Shown here one piece after another: positions 1-14,248 of a stretch of DNA of 64,000 bases. The DNA is from Eremomyces bilateralis CBS 781.70 (lineage: Eukaryota). How positions within the stretch are numbered: position 1 is the first letter of the stretch; every line of letters begins with the position of its first letter. A model generated the notes under the pieces. That model did no database searches, was not told the DNA's origin, and worked only from the letters and a program-made list of their open reading frames with translations. Made by a program: the position numbers and the translations under genes. The DNA lies in assembly GCA_010015585.1 (NCBI GenBank), contig ML975153.1. One strand, 5' to 3'.

Positions 1-1028
1 AAAGCTGCAGGGTGTGTATAGCCTGGGAAATTTCTGCGTCTGTAATGTCCCGAACATCACAGATTGCTTTGGCGGCCTCAAAGTTGACCATTTCGCTCTT
101 GTGGCGCAGCCATGCGTCCAAGAGTCGCATCATCTCTTTGCGGAGGCTGGGGTCGTCTTCAGCCAACTTCGCCGCTAATCGGACAAGGAGAACCGCGGCT
201 GCGGGGCTCTTCACAACTCCTGGGGCGCTGTATTGTTGGACCATCTTCACCAACGCCATGCGATCGTGAGAGCGCATTTGATAGAGAAGCCCAATAGCAT
301 GATACTGTGTCATTGCATTGCTGCCCGCAAGCGTTGGCACGTTTGAGCTGCCGTAACCGAGAGTAAACCCTCCTGATTTAGTTCCGGAGGCTGCTTCTTG
401 GGTCTCGCTTTGCCATCTTCGAACGATATCCCTCGCAATGGGCAAAAGGTGGTAGGCGGACACCAGAGCTGCGGAAGCTACCGAAGGCACCTTGTCGACT
501 ATGGCGGTCTTGATGTTTCGTTCGATCGCGGGGACAGTGCTCGCCTAGAGAATATCAGTATGAAAATCGCACTCAAGGCAGGACGGCATACGTCAATGAT
601 CCTGCATAACGCTCGAATGGCGTTCGCTCGATACAGCACATCGCTCTGAACGGACGTGTCCTTCATGATACTACTAGTGACCATGATCGTATCTTCCGCC
701 GTGGGGGCCAGTTCCTTGAGAACCAAGTACACCATCTGTCGCAAGCTCGCATCTTTATTTTGAAAGAGTTTCGTGATCCAGAAAAAGAGCTCCGTCGCTT
801 CATTTTTCGGGAAGGTCTCGCCCGTGAACAGGAGCATAGCAATTTTCTTCAAGTGCATCCGACATTTTCGAGGAGAGATGGGCGAGGTATTGAAGATTCT
901 AGCTGATGCGGAGGTCAGTATGAGGAGACCATTGTTTAGGGGCTCAACTCACCTTCCTGGAAGACGGAAGTCCGATCAACCTTTACCATGGCCCCATCCG
1001 CATCCTCATCTCTCTTTCCGTAACTCAT
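1..1028 (-). CDS. SEC21: Coatomer subunit gamma (gamma-COP), 5' part; continues off the window start
   Basis: Spliced translation MSYGKRDEDADGAMVKVDRTSVFQE / ARIFNTSPISPRKCRMHLKKIAMLLFTGETFP...KLFQNKDASLRQMVYLVLKEL...TSSIMKD...YRANAIRALCRIID is the gamma-COP N-terminus; GT..AG introns with CTRAC-type branch sites. Confidence 0.95.
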
Positions 1029-1589
1029 GATGGCGATTTAGTTCCGTCTCAGGGCGTTGCACTCAGGTCCCAGAATCAACGGTTCGTAAAGCGGATTGGG
1101 TGGTGATGTGGGCTGTCGATGAACTAGGACTCGACACGATCATTTGTGCTTAGCCATTGAGTTTAGACAGAATGACGGTCGAACGGGTAGCCTTGGGAGC
1201 GGTATCAGGAATAAAGTGTGCGAGTGTTGTTTAGGAGAGCTGTAATATGCCACGACCCTAACATTGGTGGAGGTGAGCATCGAACGCAGTTGAAGCCATG
1301 TGGCAGGGTGCTCCGGTGCAATGCATGTAATAATACACAAGCCACACTTACTCAGCAAAACCGTCTGTTATGTATCTGTGTGCTGTCATATATCGGTCGT
1401 CACGTGGATATCAAAGACCCTGACGTATGCGGGTGGCTGAGGAAGCCTTGAATGTACTTCGGACCAGGACTATTAATATTCTGCGATCACCACATCGGAG
1501 CATCATTTGAAGACTGTAGCGCACAAGTAAACAAGACCAACAGCAAAATTTAACAGAGTTTACCTTGGTACGAAGCCGCCCAGTTCAAA

Positions 1590-2651
1590 ATGAATATGCC
1601 CGATATGCCGGTAAACGTCCCTGTGGACGACCCCAATGCGGACACTGAATGGTAAGTAATCCCACCAAGTTTGATTCCCTTGATCAGACACTAAGGCTTC
1701 CAGGAATGATATATTACGGAAACATGGAGTCATCCCAGAGAAGCCTCCTTCTCCCACAGCAGAGTTGGAGGAGGTTTTAGTCCAGGCCCGGGCTCTTGCT
1801 CATGAGCACCGTCTCGAGGGCAAAGATCTGGATGAACTAGCCGAGCTTGAAGATGACGAAGACGACGACTTCCTAGAGCACTATAGGTGCGTTATGTACC
1901 CTCCAAGGTCATAGGAACTGCTTGTTGTTAACCATCGAGCTAGGAGGAAACGGCTTGCCGAGATGTCAACCATCGCATCAAGCGCCATATATAATCAGGT
2001 CTACCCCCTACAGAAGCCAGACTATTCCCGAGAAGTCACCGAGGCTTCATCCAAGTCCTATGTGGTTGTCCTCCTCACGGCGTCCCTGAGTAGCAATGCC
2101 GAGTCTCGTATCCTTGAAGGATTGTGGAAAGCAATGGCCGAAAAGTTTGGAGATGTGAAATTTTGTCAAATTCGCGCCGATATGTGCATTGAAGGCTACC
2201 CTGAAAAGAATACGCCCACTATCCTTATTTATAAGGACGGTGATATCAAGCGACAGATCGTCACTCTGAGGGAATTGCAAGGCACGAAGACATCTATAAG
2301 GGGTAAGCAACATTCCCCTTTCCCAGCCAGTCTTGTAAGGGTGAAATGTACCGGCAAACGCAAAATTTTCCTACTCTCACCTCGGACATGTCAACTGTAT
2401 TTCCAAGCATATTTGATTGGAACGGTTGGTGAAACGGGGTTTCAATTTATGTTCTCCCACATTCGCTCGGATGCTCAGTTATGGAGATGCTGACAAGAAT
2501 TCGACAAACAGATCTAGAGAGAGTCCTCGTCAGCGTGGACGCTGTGAAGCCGAATGACCTCCGACTCTCTAAAAATCCAGACGAGAACGAGTGGGCTCAA
2601 AATGCGAAGGACTCGGCCGACAACGAGGATGACGGCTCTGACTGGGATTGA
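1590..2651 (+). CDS. PLP2: Phosducin-like protein 2 (PhLP2/Viaf-like CCT co-chaperone), 4 exons
   Basis: [64 protein letters not shown] and an acidic ..DWD* C-terminus; last intron 2303-2511. Confidence 0.9.
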
Positions 2652-3797
2652 GCGGATCGTGATGATAGAAGGAAGGAAGTTCAAACGTCATGCCCTCCTC
2701 TTTCGCCGACTCCTTTGTGAATCCCTGCGAGCAGGAAGTTCCATGGAGAAGCAGCTGTCTGCTGGGATGAATCATATCGGGGGAGTGGATATGCCATGTG
2801 ACATTCCAGGTCTGCGGTGAGGTGTAATCACTGACTGATCATAAAGGCAACGAGGAACACCAGACGTGAGGTTATGACAAGCGAACGGAGGGGAATGAGG
2901 CGGTTGACATGTCAATTATGCAAGGAAAGCCTCAAATGATTAAAACATGCCACATGTTGGCCTAGAGGTCAGCTGAGAAAAACCATTCATCTCTCTTAAT
3001 TCAACAACTCTCCGGGATATTAAACATTCCTTTCCTGCCGTGACAGCACAAGAAGCACAGCGCAACACCCATTGTGACAGAGGATAGACAGACCCATTAG
3101 GGACAGTACTACCTTGAGATTCAATTATCCTGTCTAAATGCACTAGAATGTACAATTCACGGCTGACGGACGACTGGTTATGACCGGTTCAGGCACTTCC
3201 AGCTCTTACTGGACGGTGATCCCAAAAGTCTCCCTTCTGTACGACACCACTACACCTCCTTAGCTGATAGCAAGGCGGGCTCCCATCGCGGTGTATTCCG
3301 GTGGTGTGAATAATGTGTACCACAGATTATGTAACACAAGAGTGGAAGCCGTGCGTTTGTGGACCGTTCAGCTCGTGCTCTATGTAAAGCGATCTGGAGT
3401 ATCACTCCGACGCTGTTAATGGTGCACAACGGCATGCCAAGGCACCGCTATCGCTTCGCGAAAGGAGGTAAAAAGTCCAGACCTGAAGGCAGGAAGCGCT
3501 CGCATTATGTCGCTTCGTCTGGTAGGGTCCGTGGAATGGCTTCTCTTCGGCCACCCAGGTCGATTTGTACTTCGTCAGTACTGGGGAAGTAGGTGGAGGA
3601 TCACAATGGCGGCGCTCTAGATGGCAGAACTACTGCTCCTCGTGGCCTCTCATTAGTCAATGCCCGCAATATGGCACCATGCAATGATCGAGACACGTTC
3701 TGCCGACCCTGGTCATGTGGAAGGGCGTGTTTGAAATGTTCAGCACGGGGTCAGAAACAGGGGATCAGACACCGCAGAAGCAGATACTGGTCGTATG

Positions 3798-4894
3798 CTA
3801 TATCAGTTGGTCTCCCCCACCCCGTCTGCAGCCTTCAACTGCACCCCATACTTCCTTCTCCCGAAATCCGGCCCCGACACCGTTCGATCGTGCCGCGCCT
3901 CGTAATCTCTCACACACATCCGCAACGTCCACGAGACCTTGCTGAACCAATGGGTGGCTTTGGATAACATCCCATACCTGGCCGAGGCTCAGGAGGGTTT
4001 CTTTTCCATCTTTCACCGTTCCGCTGGATCCGAATTTCCTCCGTCGCGCGGCCCCGGCCATATACCTTGTCCCACTGTTTGTGGTATCCTCTTCATGATC
4101 GGTACCAGGCGAGCCCGGGCCGTGTCCCACCTGATGGGATCCGGCCATCTGAGCATGACCCGCACGCTGGAGCGCGCTATGACTGGTAGTCGTGCGGAGA
4201 ATCTCGTTCTCAGTCGTGGCCCGCTGCAGCGCGAGCTTCAAGCGATCGTTATCAATGGCTAACGACGTCGCCGATGTCTCCATCGCCGTCAACTTGGATT
4301 CGAGGGTTTTCACGTGCCGCTCTTTTCGCTCGCGGAAGGCCCTCTGCCTGTTTGCCGTGACCCGTCAGCTTGCGTCCCAGGCATCTAGGATGACCCTCAC
4401 ATACGCTGTTCGATTTTGCGCTTTCCGTCGGCTCTGTGCTGGAGTTATGGTGGTTTCTTTGTCCTCCTCACTGCTGCTGCGCAGTCTTTGTGATGTATCT
4501 AGGGGATCAGCGTAGGTGTCGTCGGCGTTCAACGGCACCGTGGCGGAGGGCGCAGGAGGTGATGCTGCGGTAGGGGGCGAGGTAGAGTGAAGCGGTCCTG
4601 GAGTAGGAGTGAAGCGGAAAGCATCGTAGGCTAGAAACGAGGTCGGGTCAACGGCCTCCTAAAGTCGATATGTAGACATTAGCGCCTCCCGTCACGAGCT
4701 AACTCCTAATTCCTGCTCTACCATACTGGGGGTAGGGTCGCGGGATCGACCGGAGTTTCGCAAAGGAGGGCTCTTACATGGACATTGGAGCCCGGTTGCC
4801 CATCGTCAGTGGAGAGGGGGTATGTTGTAGCCTGGATGCCGACAAGGGGATAGGGTTGCTGCGAGGATGCTGTGAAGTAGGTACTGTAGTCCAT
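3798..4894 (-). CDS. bZIP transcription factor, AP-1/Yap-type basic region (Fcr3-like)
   Basis: Spliced basic region AQSRRKAQNRTA/QRAFRERKERHVKTLESKL followed by leucine heptads; ATG at 4894 (MDYSTYF). Confidence 0.85.
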
Positions 4895-5904
4895 CGGATC
4901 CGCTACCCAATCTTTCTAGTACCTTAATCGGTGATGATATCGAATTCAGAACGAAGGCAATAGATCATGACGCCTAGCAGAGGCAAAATAATCTGGTGAC
5001 ATGCAGTCAGCCAAATGGTTGTCATAAATTCTGGAGCCCGTAAGCAGAATGCCAAGAGCGCATGTACTTAGAGTCAGCACTGGTACATAACCGAAACCAA
5101 GTACAGGTAATGGTAGGTACTGCTTATTACTAGATACACGGAGAAGCTACTATAAGCAGGTAGGGTCAGGTAAGTTAGTAATTATTATGCCAATGGAATG
5201 GCATGTCATCAAACCGAATCTTGGACCACCACATTTTTATACCATATGGCTGGCAGATATAAGGGGCGAGTCGATTACCCCAGCAGAAGGAGCCACATCC
5301 GATGACCACGAATCGGGAGAAGGATTCGATAGATTATAGGTGACCATGTGAGGGATGTATTCATAGTTTTCATACTTTCATGTATTCAGTATAGACAGCA
5401 GGTGATAAACTACCGAGATGCTACTACGCCTTAGGTGAAGGTCTGTAATCATGGAAGTGGCACCAGTTCGGCCCCTCCCGCTGTCCATGTCCCACATAAC
5501 CGTTCCACAATCCACCAGTCGCAAAGCGAATCTAGTAATGAGTAAGTAGTGACAAGTCATTCGCGTGAATCGCGTCCACTCAGTGTAAATGGCCTTTCGT
5601 CATGTTAAGTGACGGAATTTCAAAAACAAGGCCCAAACGTTGAGTTGAGCGCACTCTGGACTTATAACACATCTTAGCTCCTGGTACGACCAACGATACC
5701 GCTACCGTTCACCCGAGTAGCTCCAGATCGCGATATCATACAACCGCAATTCACTTGTCCTGTCAAGAGGCGGTCCGACCTCCGGATCATTCCACCCAGC
5801 GACCGAACGTACATTCAATTCCGAGCCGGTGAACGGCGATAGGCATAGCCGAAGCGACCAACCACAGTCCGCATGGAAGCATTTCCAAATCTTGGATTAC
5901 CGGT

Positions 5905-7269
5905 TCAAGGGGCCAACTTGTGTAGCGATTCAGAATGCGGCTCGCCGGCGCCCTGAATCGCAACCTGATCCTTCCTCGCTCGCTTTTTCAAGACATTTTC
6001 GATGAACGCCTCCCCTGCCTTGTACGAGGAGCGGACGAGCGGCCCGCTGGCACAATACAGGAATCCCAGGTCCATCGCCCGTTGGCGCCAGAGCTCGAAC
6101 ACTTCCGGAGAGACGTACTCCTCGACTTTCATGTGCCGCTTCGTGGGACGCATGTATTGGCCGAAGGTGACGATATCGACGGAGACTTTCCGGAGTTCTT
6201 AGCCGACGTTAGCGAGACTCTCGACCGGAAGAATGTGATGTCATGTGAACGTACCTTTAAGAGCCTTCCAGATTTCCTCCTCGGTCTCCCCCAAGCCGAG
6301 CATGATGCTCGTCTTCGTAATTAACCCTTCCTTCGCTGCCTTGGCGGCTTCCAAAACCGTTAAGCTTTGCCGAAACGTTGCCCTCCGATCTCTGACCATG
6401 GCCGTGAGCTCTTCGACCGTCTCAACGTTATGGGCGTAAACGTCCAAGCCACTCTGCGCGACGAGCTTCACCATGTCCAAATCCCCAGCAAAATCCCCGG
6501 TCAATGCCTCGACGAGCATGTTCGGCGCCTTTTGTTTGATCTTGCTGATAGTACTGGCGAAATGATGGGCACCACCATCGGCCAAGTCGTCGCGGTCCAC
6601 TGAGGTGAGGACGACGTATCCGAGGCCCCATCTCGAAAGCGCTTCCGCGACGTGTTCGGGTTCGTGGGGGTCGAGGGCAAGGGGGGTTTTCGACGTTTTG
6701 ACGGAACAAAATCGGCAACCTCGCGTACAAGTGTCGCCCATGAGCATGATTGTCGCGGTCGCAGTAGACTTGTCAGATCCGCCCCAGCACTCGGAGATAT
6801 TGGGACACCGCGCTTCTTCACAGACTAATCACTGTCAACGGATGGTGCAATGAAGGGAATTTGTAAGATCCATACCTGTGTGTAGATTTAACCCTCGCAG
6901 ATCATTTTGGATTCTCTTGAAGTTATTCCCCTTCGCATCCTTTCCGCCCGGTATCGACGTCCGCAGCCAGGGAGGAAGACGGGTAATCTCCTTCCGCTTC
7001 CCCGACCCACGAACGGTCTTCAGCTCGAGGGCTTCTTCAGGAGTGATCGGTTCCTCCTTCGCACCGGTGAATTCCCCGAAAGAAGGCCCCGTATTCAATC
7101 GATCTTGGAACGTTGTCCGCGGTCGCTTGGATGGTCGTGGCGAATCGGAAGAGCTTGCTTCAGTGGCTAGGAATCGTGCTGCACCGGGGGAATAGAGTCT
7201 TCGGTGGGAAACGTCGAGCAAAGCTTCCCGCAGCCCTTTGAGGGCTATGACGCCCTGACGATGTGACAT
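5905..7269 (-). CDS. LIP5: Mitochondrial lipoyl synthase (radical SAM)
   Basis: [80 protein letters not shown]; Arg-rich N-terminal presequence; 2 introns. Confidence 0.97.
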
Positions 7270-7994
7270 TGTAGTGAACGTAACAGGTAATACCGAAGGT
7301 TGGATGATTCCTCCTGTCAGTTCCTGGCTTCGTACGATAGTCGAAGTGAGGTCCCTACCAAACTTGGCTGGGACCTGGTCAATTGGTCATCACGCATTAG
7401 AAATTCAGGGTAAATCTCGGTCCAATTGACTCGATCCCGGCTCCGTCGGCATGCCGGTGGTGCCTTCCCCTGGTGCATCCCGGCCCGATACTAACCGCAC
7501 TAGAATGTCGGTCTGCATGTAGTCACGTGCCTTCCGACTCCCTCAACTCTCCCTTCTAAACCGAATACCTACCTATAGGTCTCGGTCGTTCGTCGTGTCG
7601 GGACTCTACCGTATTTACTGGTAATAGATGGTAGTACATGGTAGTAAATAATTCTTACTAAACCGATACCCATAGCATATCATCATCGCATTCTCCGTAC
7701 TGGGTATATAAAATGCCGTGAACATGGGTCGCCCTGTTCAACAATATCCATGCTATCATATCATCATCCCGCATCCCACCTTCGTACATGTAATGGCCGA
7801 AATGCCCAGGGATATCATGAGTAATGAAGAACGCTACAAGAATATGCGCCGGATATGCAACGAAGATCGTGGACCCCTTCCAAAGATGCAGAAAACAGGG
7901 ACATAGGAACGCTAACCCGTGCTTTAGGGGCAAATCAACAAAGGAGATGGAGACTTGGTTTATGGGAAGAGCCTGGCGGAGATTCCTCCGCTCG

Positions 7995-10900
7995 CTACTC
8001 TCCGGGTGCGGTCCAGACCCGCCGAGCTCCAAAGAGGGTCAAGCTCAATGCCGTGTCGTTCGCGTTGACATTGGTGCCGACATCGGGCAGGAGCTCCCAG
8101 CGCCGGATATGGAAAGGAACAGGAGGAATACCCGCCATGCTTTGGGAGGAAGCGATTCGCTGCATCGAGCTAGAACGCGCAGTTGATACTTGTTGGGCAG
8201 CGGTTACCGGCGTCCTGGGAAGGCTAGCGAGATTTGAATGTTGGGGTTGGAGAGCTTGGAATGGTAAGAATGGTTGTGTTCCGCATCCTGATGGGTTCAG
8301 TGGCTCGTGGCCAACATAGAGCCCAGGCCAAGTATCGGTCGAACTCTGAGGACCGAAAAGGGACACAATACGTGGGTCGCCGTACTGTCGGGAACCGTCG
8401 AGTTTTGCAACGGCGAGTCGCTGCTCATCCGTAATGTCTAGGCATGGAATGAGTAAGGGATACGTGGATGTGCATTGGAGATGCTCACCGTCAGCGAAGA
8501 TAGCTGCGACGTCAAAGAGTAACTGAGATGTGGCAGTGCAATGGTTCAAAACCGGATGGCTGATCAGAGCACATAAAACGCACAGGAAGCCTGGAACATC
8601 GGGCAAGATATTCTTGGTCGTCCGAAGAAGATCCCCATGCACCATGGCGAGGTGCACAAATGTCTCAATCCATCGGCAAATACGTGGGAGCATGGCCTTG
8701 GCTTCCACTGGCCCGCTTGTCGTGAGATCCATCTCCGTGGGGAGCAACTCGCCAAGAGCCTTCAGTCGATCAAAAGCTGCCGCCAAGAATTGAACGTGTG
8801 CTTCCCTTGGCAGGCTCGAGGCGGTGTAATCGATAACTTCAAGGCGAGTCGGAACGGCGCCTTGGTCGTTTTCCGTTAGAGATGGCATCATCTGGCCGGT
8901 TCGCTGCTCGCTGCAACCCTTCGCGAACTTGTTTGCCGCCGTGAAGATGAACGTCTCGGAAAATTCACATAGCGTCTGCGAAATCCGCCGGTCCAAGCTG
9001 GCAAATTCCGCCCAGATGGGACGCCCCTGCTCCACGGCGTTTTTCAATGCCGTGATCAGAGCGGCTTGGATCTTCTCGTCGGAGGGACAAGCTGTCAACA
9101 GATACTTCGCGCGAGCTTTGCAAAACTCGGCATTGATCTCGTCCGCAGAAAGGACAATGGATGAAATTTGTGATGCGTGATCCGCATTTTGCAGGGAACG
9201 GCGCCCATCTGGGTCAAGGAGCCTGCAAAGCGCATTCTGGAAAAGGCCATCGCTGGACGCAAGCAGCACGTCCAGTCCACCGTTGACGGAAACCGCTGCA
9301 TTCTTCAAAATTGCTTGGAACGCATCACCTTCAAGCAATGAATCAAGTTCACCCGCCTGCCTGGCGCTCGCAAGTATCTTGGGGTCATCAAACATAGTTT
9401 GAACGAGTCGAAGAATCTTGAACTGATGCTCCCCACAATATTTGGTCTGGGCCAGTCGGTATCTGTAAATTGTTCCCTCATCGTATAAATTCGTCGATGT
9501 CTTTGGCAAAACCATCTCCAGCGCAGTGGTTGCGATGACGGCGGCAAGCCCCGAATTTTCGCTTCGGAGGGTAATGAAGGTCGCCTCCATATGGTCAACA
9601 AGCCGGCTCATGCCCAAACATTCGTTGCTGACGAGGACGGGTACCGCGAATCTAACCAGGCCGGGTTGATTGCATGTGAGACAATTGCCGATCCAATCCA
9701 GAAGGAGTTGATCAAACACTTTCTCGTCAAAGGACCTCAACTTTACAAATCGAGATCCAACAGCACAGGCAAGTACTTGGGACTCCCGAAAGTGCTCGTC
9801 CAGACGTGCCACCATAACGTTGAATACCCGAACCATAACTTGTTCGTCCATGCTCGTTCCGCTGCTGAGGACTTTATCGACCTCGTCATCGGCATCGAGG
9901 CAACCGCCAGCAAGGTTCTCGGCCATCAGGTCCGAAACCGGAGAGCATATAGCGATGGCAGCACGCTGTTCGCATCTTGTGATATCGTATCTTAGTTGCT
10001 GCACGATGCGCGCAGGGCATCGTACGGTTCTTCCTAGATCGGCGAGGGCAACAAGAAATGTACGCTCCGGCTGCTTCAGGCGAACCACTCGGTGGCGTTC
10101 TACGAGGCGGTCGAACAAAGGCTCCAACGCACCGATGGCCGCGAAGATTCGAGAATGGTGGTTCAGCGTATCGGCAACCGCAGCGAGCAATACGGAGTTG
10201 GTCGACGTCGAAACCAGGGACAGGATGTCTGCAAAGATCGGGAAGTCTCTCAATTCCTCCAATATCCTCCGCATTTCGTAGAATTGGAATAAAGCTATGG
10301 TATTGCCATCTTCTTGAAAGCCGTCCGGCTGCTCCACTCTTGTATCGATTGGTGAAGGTGGCGGCGTCATGCATTCCACCTCATGGCGGAGCCATCCGGA
10401 AAGGGCAAACCGAAAGGATGCTGGGAGTTCCGCTAGGTCCGAGACACCGAATCCTTCGCGATGCTCAGCATTGGCTGGTGGTCCCAAATGCAGCGTGCTG
10501 GCAATATCCGATCGCAACGAAGTCATTCTCTCCACATCATTCGAGACTTGATGGTCCACAGAAGCGAGGAGGGCGATTCTTAGGTTCTGAACATGGTCCG
10601 GCAATCCATCCAAGGGTATCTCGGAGAGTAGGCGGACATGTGTATCTTGCATGCCGCTGGCGCGTGAAGGTGTACTCAGGGACCCCGTCGCAATGAGCCA
10701 TTGCAAGTATTTGTTAACGGAAAAATGCCGTGAGCGAGTAAGGTGACCGACAATATCGTATGCGTCACTGATAATGACGCCGGACTCAGGTCCGACCGAC
10801 CGGAGAAACGACAGGATCGAATGATCCACGTCCATGCCAACCGAGTACCACCTACGTAGCAGCCGAACCGCAAGATATTGTCGCCACTGTCCCGTCCGGA

Positions 10901-12846
10901 ACTGGGAACACGCCCACTTAAGTAGGAATAATATCAGCTGGTTCCCGGAAGCCGCGATGGACAAGCATAACTCCGATAACCGGTCGATATCAGAGTCCTG
11001 ATACGCTTGGTCGAACTTTCGAACCAGCTTATTGTGCCAGCTGCTGGTCTCGGCGTCAGAGAGGTCCTTGGGACCGTGCAGTCGTGCAATGCGCCTATCC
11101 AGATCCTCGACGGCCAGCTGGAGCTCATGGACAGCAAGCTTGTGCTCTTCGGAAACTCGGTCCAGCGTTGGTTTAAAGTCGATCCAGCGATAAGGCAGAA
11201 CCAAACAATCGCGGTGCGAAACCATTAATTTGGCAACCAGACTGCTTAATCGGTCCGCCAGAGGTTTCAACACACTGTCTGACTCTTCCATCCATATCTG
11301 TTAAAAAGCTATTGTCAGTGTGATCAAAGCAAAATTTTCAATTCTGCTAACCTTTCTCAATTGCTCCAGCAGACCCTCTCCGAGAGTTCGGCCACGTTTC
11401 CTAGTGCATATCAAATGAGACCAGTAGATTTCGACCATGACGAGCCAAATAGGCAGTTTTTCTCGGGACGAGTCCAGGCCAACAAGTATCCAGTCCAGGA
11501 AATGGTCCAGATCAAGGAGGCGCTCGGAATATAAGTGCGACGACAGCCGGATTCTAAGACGGTCAGTTGATAACCCGGCACGTGCCTATCCAAACCGGTA
11601 CTCACGCGTATTGCATCTTATCTTTCCAATCGACCTGGGGACAGTTTGCGATGGTTCCATCCACGAATTGCTCGACCTGTGATGTCCACTCGCGAATCCA
11701 CTTCTGTTCGCCCCCAAGCGTCGCGGATCCGCCTGCTCCTTTCCGTTTGAAGGCCCGCATCTCATTCGTTCCCACGCATTTGGCAAGCCAGGCGGCACGG
11801 GGCGGAGGCACCCGGTTGGTGAGGCATAGTTCTAGAAGGAGCTTGCCCTTGACCCCATGTGGGATTGCCTTGGTCAACCGCCGTAGCGGGACCGCAGGAT
11901 TCGCGAGATCCTTGAACCACCCTTCCCGCTTCTTTTCATTGGCCGTGACTCGAGGTGGAGGTTTGAAGGTCGATTGCGCGGCCAAGCGTCGTTGTGTTTG
12001 CCTCTTCTCAAGAATGGAGACAAACAGGGCTGACAGAGCGGGGAGGCCGCCTTTGGATTTTAGAAGCGGAGAGAAAGAATTCCGAGCACTGCTCGCATCG
12101 TTCTGGACAATCGACTGTCGAATAAAGCCGGCTTTAACTACCCCCTCAGTAAGATTGTCCTCGACGTGATTGCCCTTCCAAGGAAAGAAGTCGGCCGATC
12201 CTATCGTCCATGTCAGAGAAGCATTTTGCGACTGTGAAGCAGGCATACTCTCGTGAGGATATCGCATAGAAACGGTGGGCGGCTTAGCGATCTGAATATT
12301 TGCATCTGTTACTGCTGTTCGCGGGGGTTCCGCGTCGGTCTCTCCGATCGGTTTTGGCCGTGGGGGTTGGATTCGAGGAGCGGCAGGACGACATGGTAGA
12401 GGAAGCGTCAACGACGGGGCAGCCATTATTTTCGCAGAGGGTTCAGGCGGCCCGGGACCAACAATCGAGAGCAGTGCTGCTGGCCTCTCGTGCTGGGCCG
12501 TCGAAGTTTGGCGAACACTCGATTCCGGAGCCGACCAGCTATCCTTGTTGTCGCCAGCGGAGAGCGGAGTCTGGGGGGTGGAATTCGAGGCGGACGACCG
12601 GACATCGATGGTGCTCCATTCCGAGGGATTCGACGATGTGCCGTCCCCTTTACCCTTTGTTTCCAAGTTCACGACGGAATCATGCGTCGAAGCGGGCGGG
12701 AGGGTGGTCGCAAGGGTCGAGGACGAGGCATCGCGATTGCTGGGCGGTAGTGGCCTCGTGAATCGCCGCGGGCGAGGAGGCCGTCCCATGGGTCGAACGA
12801 CCTGAGGAGCCACGGGGTGCATCCTCCTTCCTGAACGGTCCGTCAT
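7995..12846 (-). CDS. SRB8: Mediator subunit 12 (CDK8 module)
   Basis: ADFFPWKGNH.ED, TFKPPPRVT...KREGWFKDLANPAVPLRRLTKAIPHGVKGKLLLELC...VP..RA.WLAKCVG.NE, and C-terminal RRWELL.D....NDTALSLTLFGAR; exact start ATG uncertain. Confidence 0.92.
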
Positions 12847-14248
12847 ACCCAGCGTAGTGACATGATTGCGAGGATGAACTTTGACACAAGGGCGGATGAT
12901 TCGGTGTAGAGCGGAAATGGGGAAGCGGTGGGTGGATTACATCTGGAAGGGTATCGACAATAGAGGATCAATGATACAGGAGATGGGAGGCAAGATGTGA
13001 TAAACGAAAGACGCATCCGGTAAGGTAGCTGGTAAGTATGTATGTACACGGTATAAAGGCGAATATCAGACGGAGATATGGTGGAGTGGCGAGGCGACCG
13101 GGGGATAGGAGGGAATTTCGAGATGGCGATGGTTGGGGACGGGAGGGGGTGGAGTGCCGGAGTGAACAGCCACATGGACTGCTCAAGCCCTGAACTCTGA
13201 CAGAAACAGTGAGGGCAACTGCAGCCATCCGGGGCGCCACAAGACCCGGCACCGCGGCACAAGACAGCACAGCAGTCAGCAACAGAACAGCAGAGGGAAT
13301 ACCAAACAGGGTGACAGGCTGTCAGGGTCACCCAGACTCTGTCTCTTGCTGCTCTCTCCACTCTGCTTCCTCCTCAATTACCAGATGACTCCGCCAATCC
13401 ACCCTCCAGTTCCAGCTTCATGCCTTCAACCCTTTGTTCAACCCCTGTCACTAAGTTAATTTCACCATTAATATTAGTTACCGGTACTTCCGTACGCAGT
13501 AATTAATCTTCCATCCTCATATCTTCCTCACACTCTACAGAAGACTCCGGACGATCTATACTGTTTACTCTCTGTACAATAACCCTGCCACACCCTCTAT
13601 CTCCCGCCAGTACCGCCAGTATCATATCTGGGGAAACGACTTGACAGCAGTTGGCATCTCCACCAGGCTCGCTTAAATACTACTAGTCGACGATCGTGTC
13701 CTGTTATCTTCAGATGTCGCCATGTCGGGTGACTACTCCGAGATCCGTCTAGCTTTCCCGTTATCCATCCATCGGCTCTCACTCGCTACGGATGACAGGA
13801 TGTGGCGGATGAGCATCGGTCGATGATTCACCCGCCACCCGCACCGAAGCGTCCATTTGTTACAAAGACGGACCTGTAAATTGTGATGGCGGTAGTTCCC
13901 AACCGCCCAAGATAGCCCAACCAAGAACTCCTTATATTTTCGGTAGACATAGAACCAACGAAAGGGATGGGATTGTCGAGTTGACGTTGGAGGCTGGTCG
14001 AGCAACGCACGCAATCCGTCGGATCCTGTGCGGACCGTCCCACATCATGTGACCCACCCCTTTCACCTGGTTGCATCAGATCCTCGCACTCTCCACATCA
14101 TATCCATTGCGATCTGATGCACTCCGGACACGCTGTAATTAGTAAATACTGGTACCTTGCCTGTATCAAATCAACATCTGGCTAGTTTCATCTCGTTCAT
14201 CGTCCCCCAGGTTTACCCGCGTTTATCTCCCTCCATTGCACCAGCGAA

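Noticed and set aside
2940..3160. snR30/U17-like RNA suggested by AAACCAT at ~2980
   Set aside because: No upstream m1 motif (ATATTCCTA) and no correctly spaced ACA box
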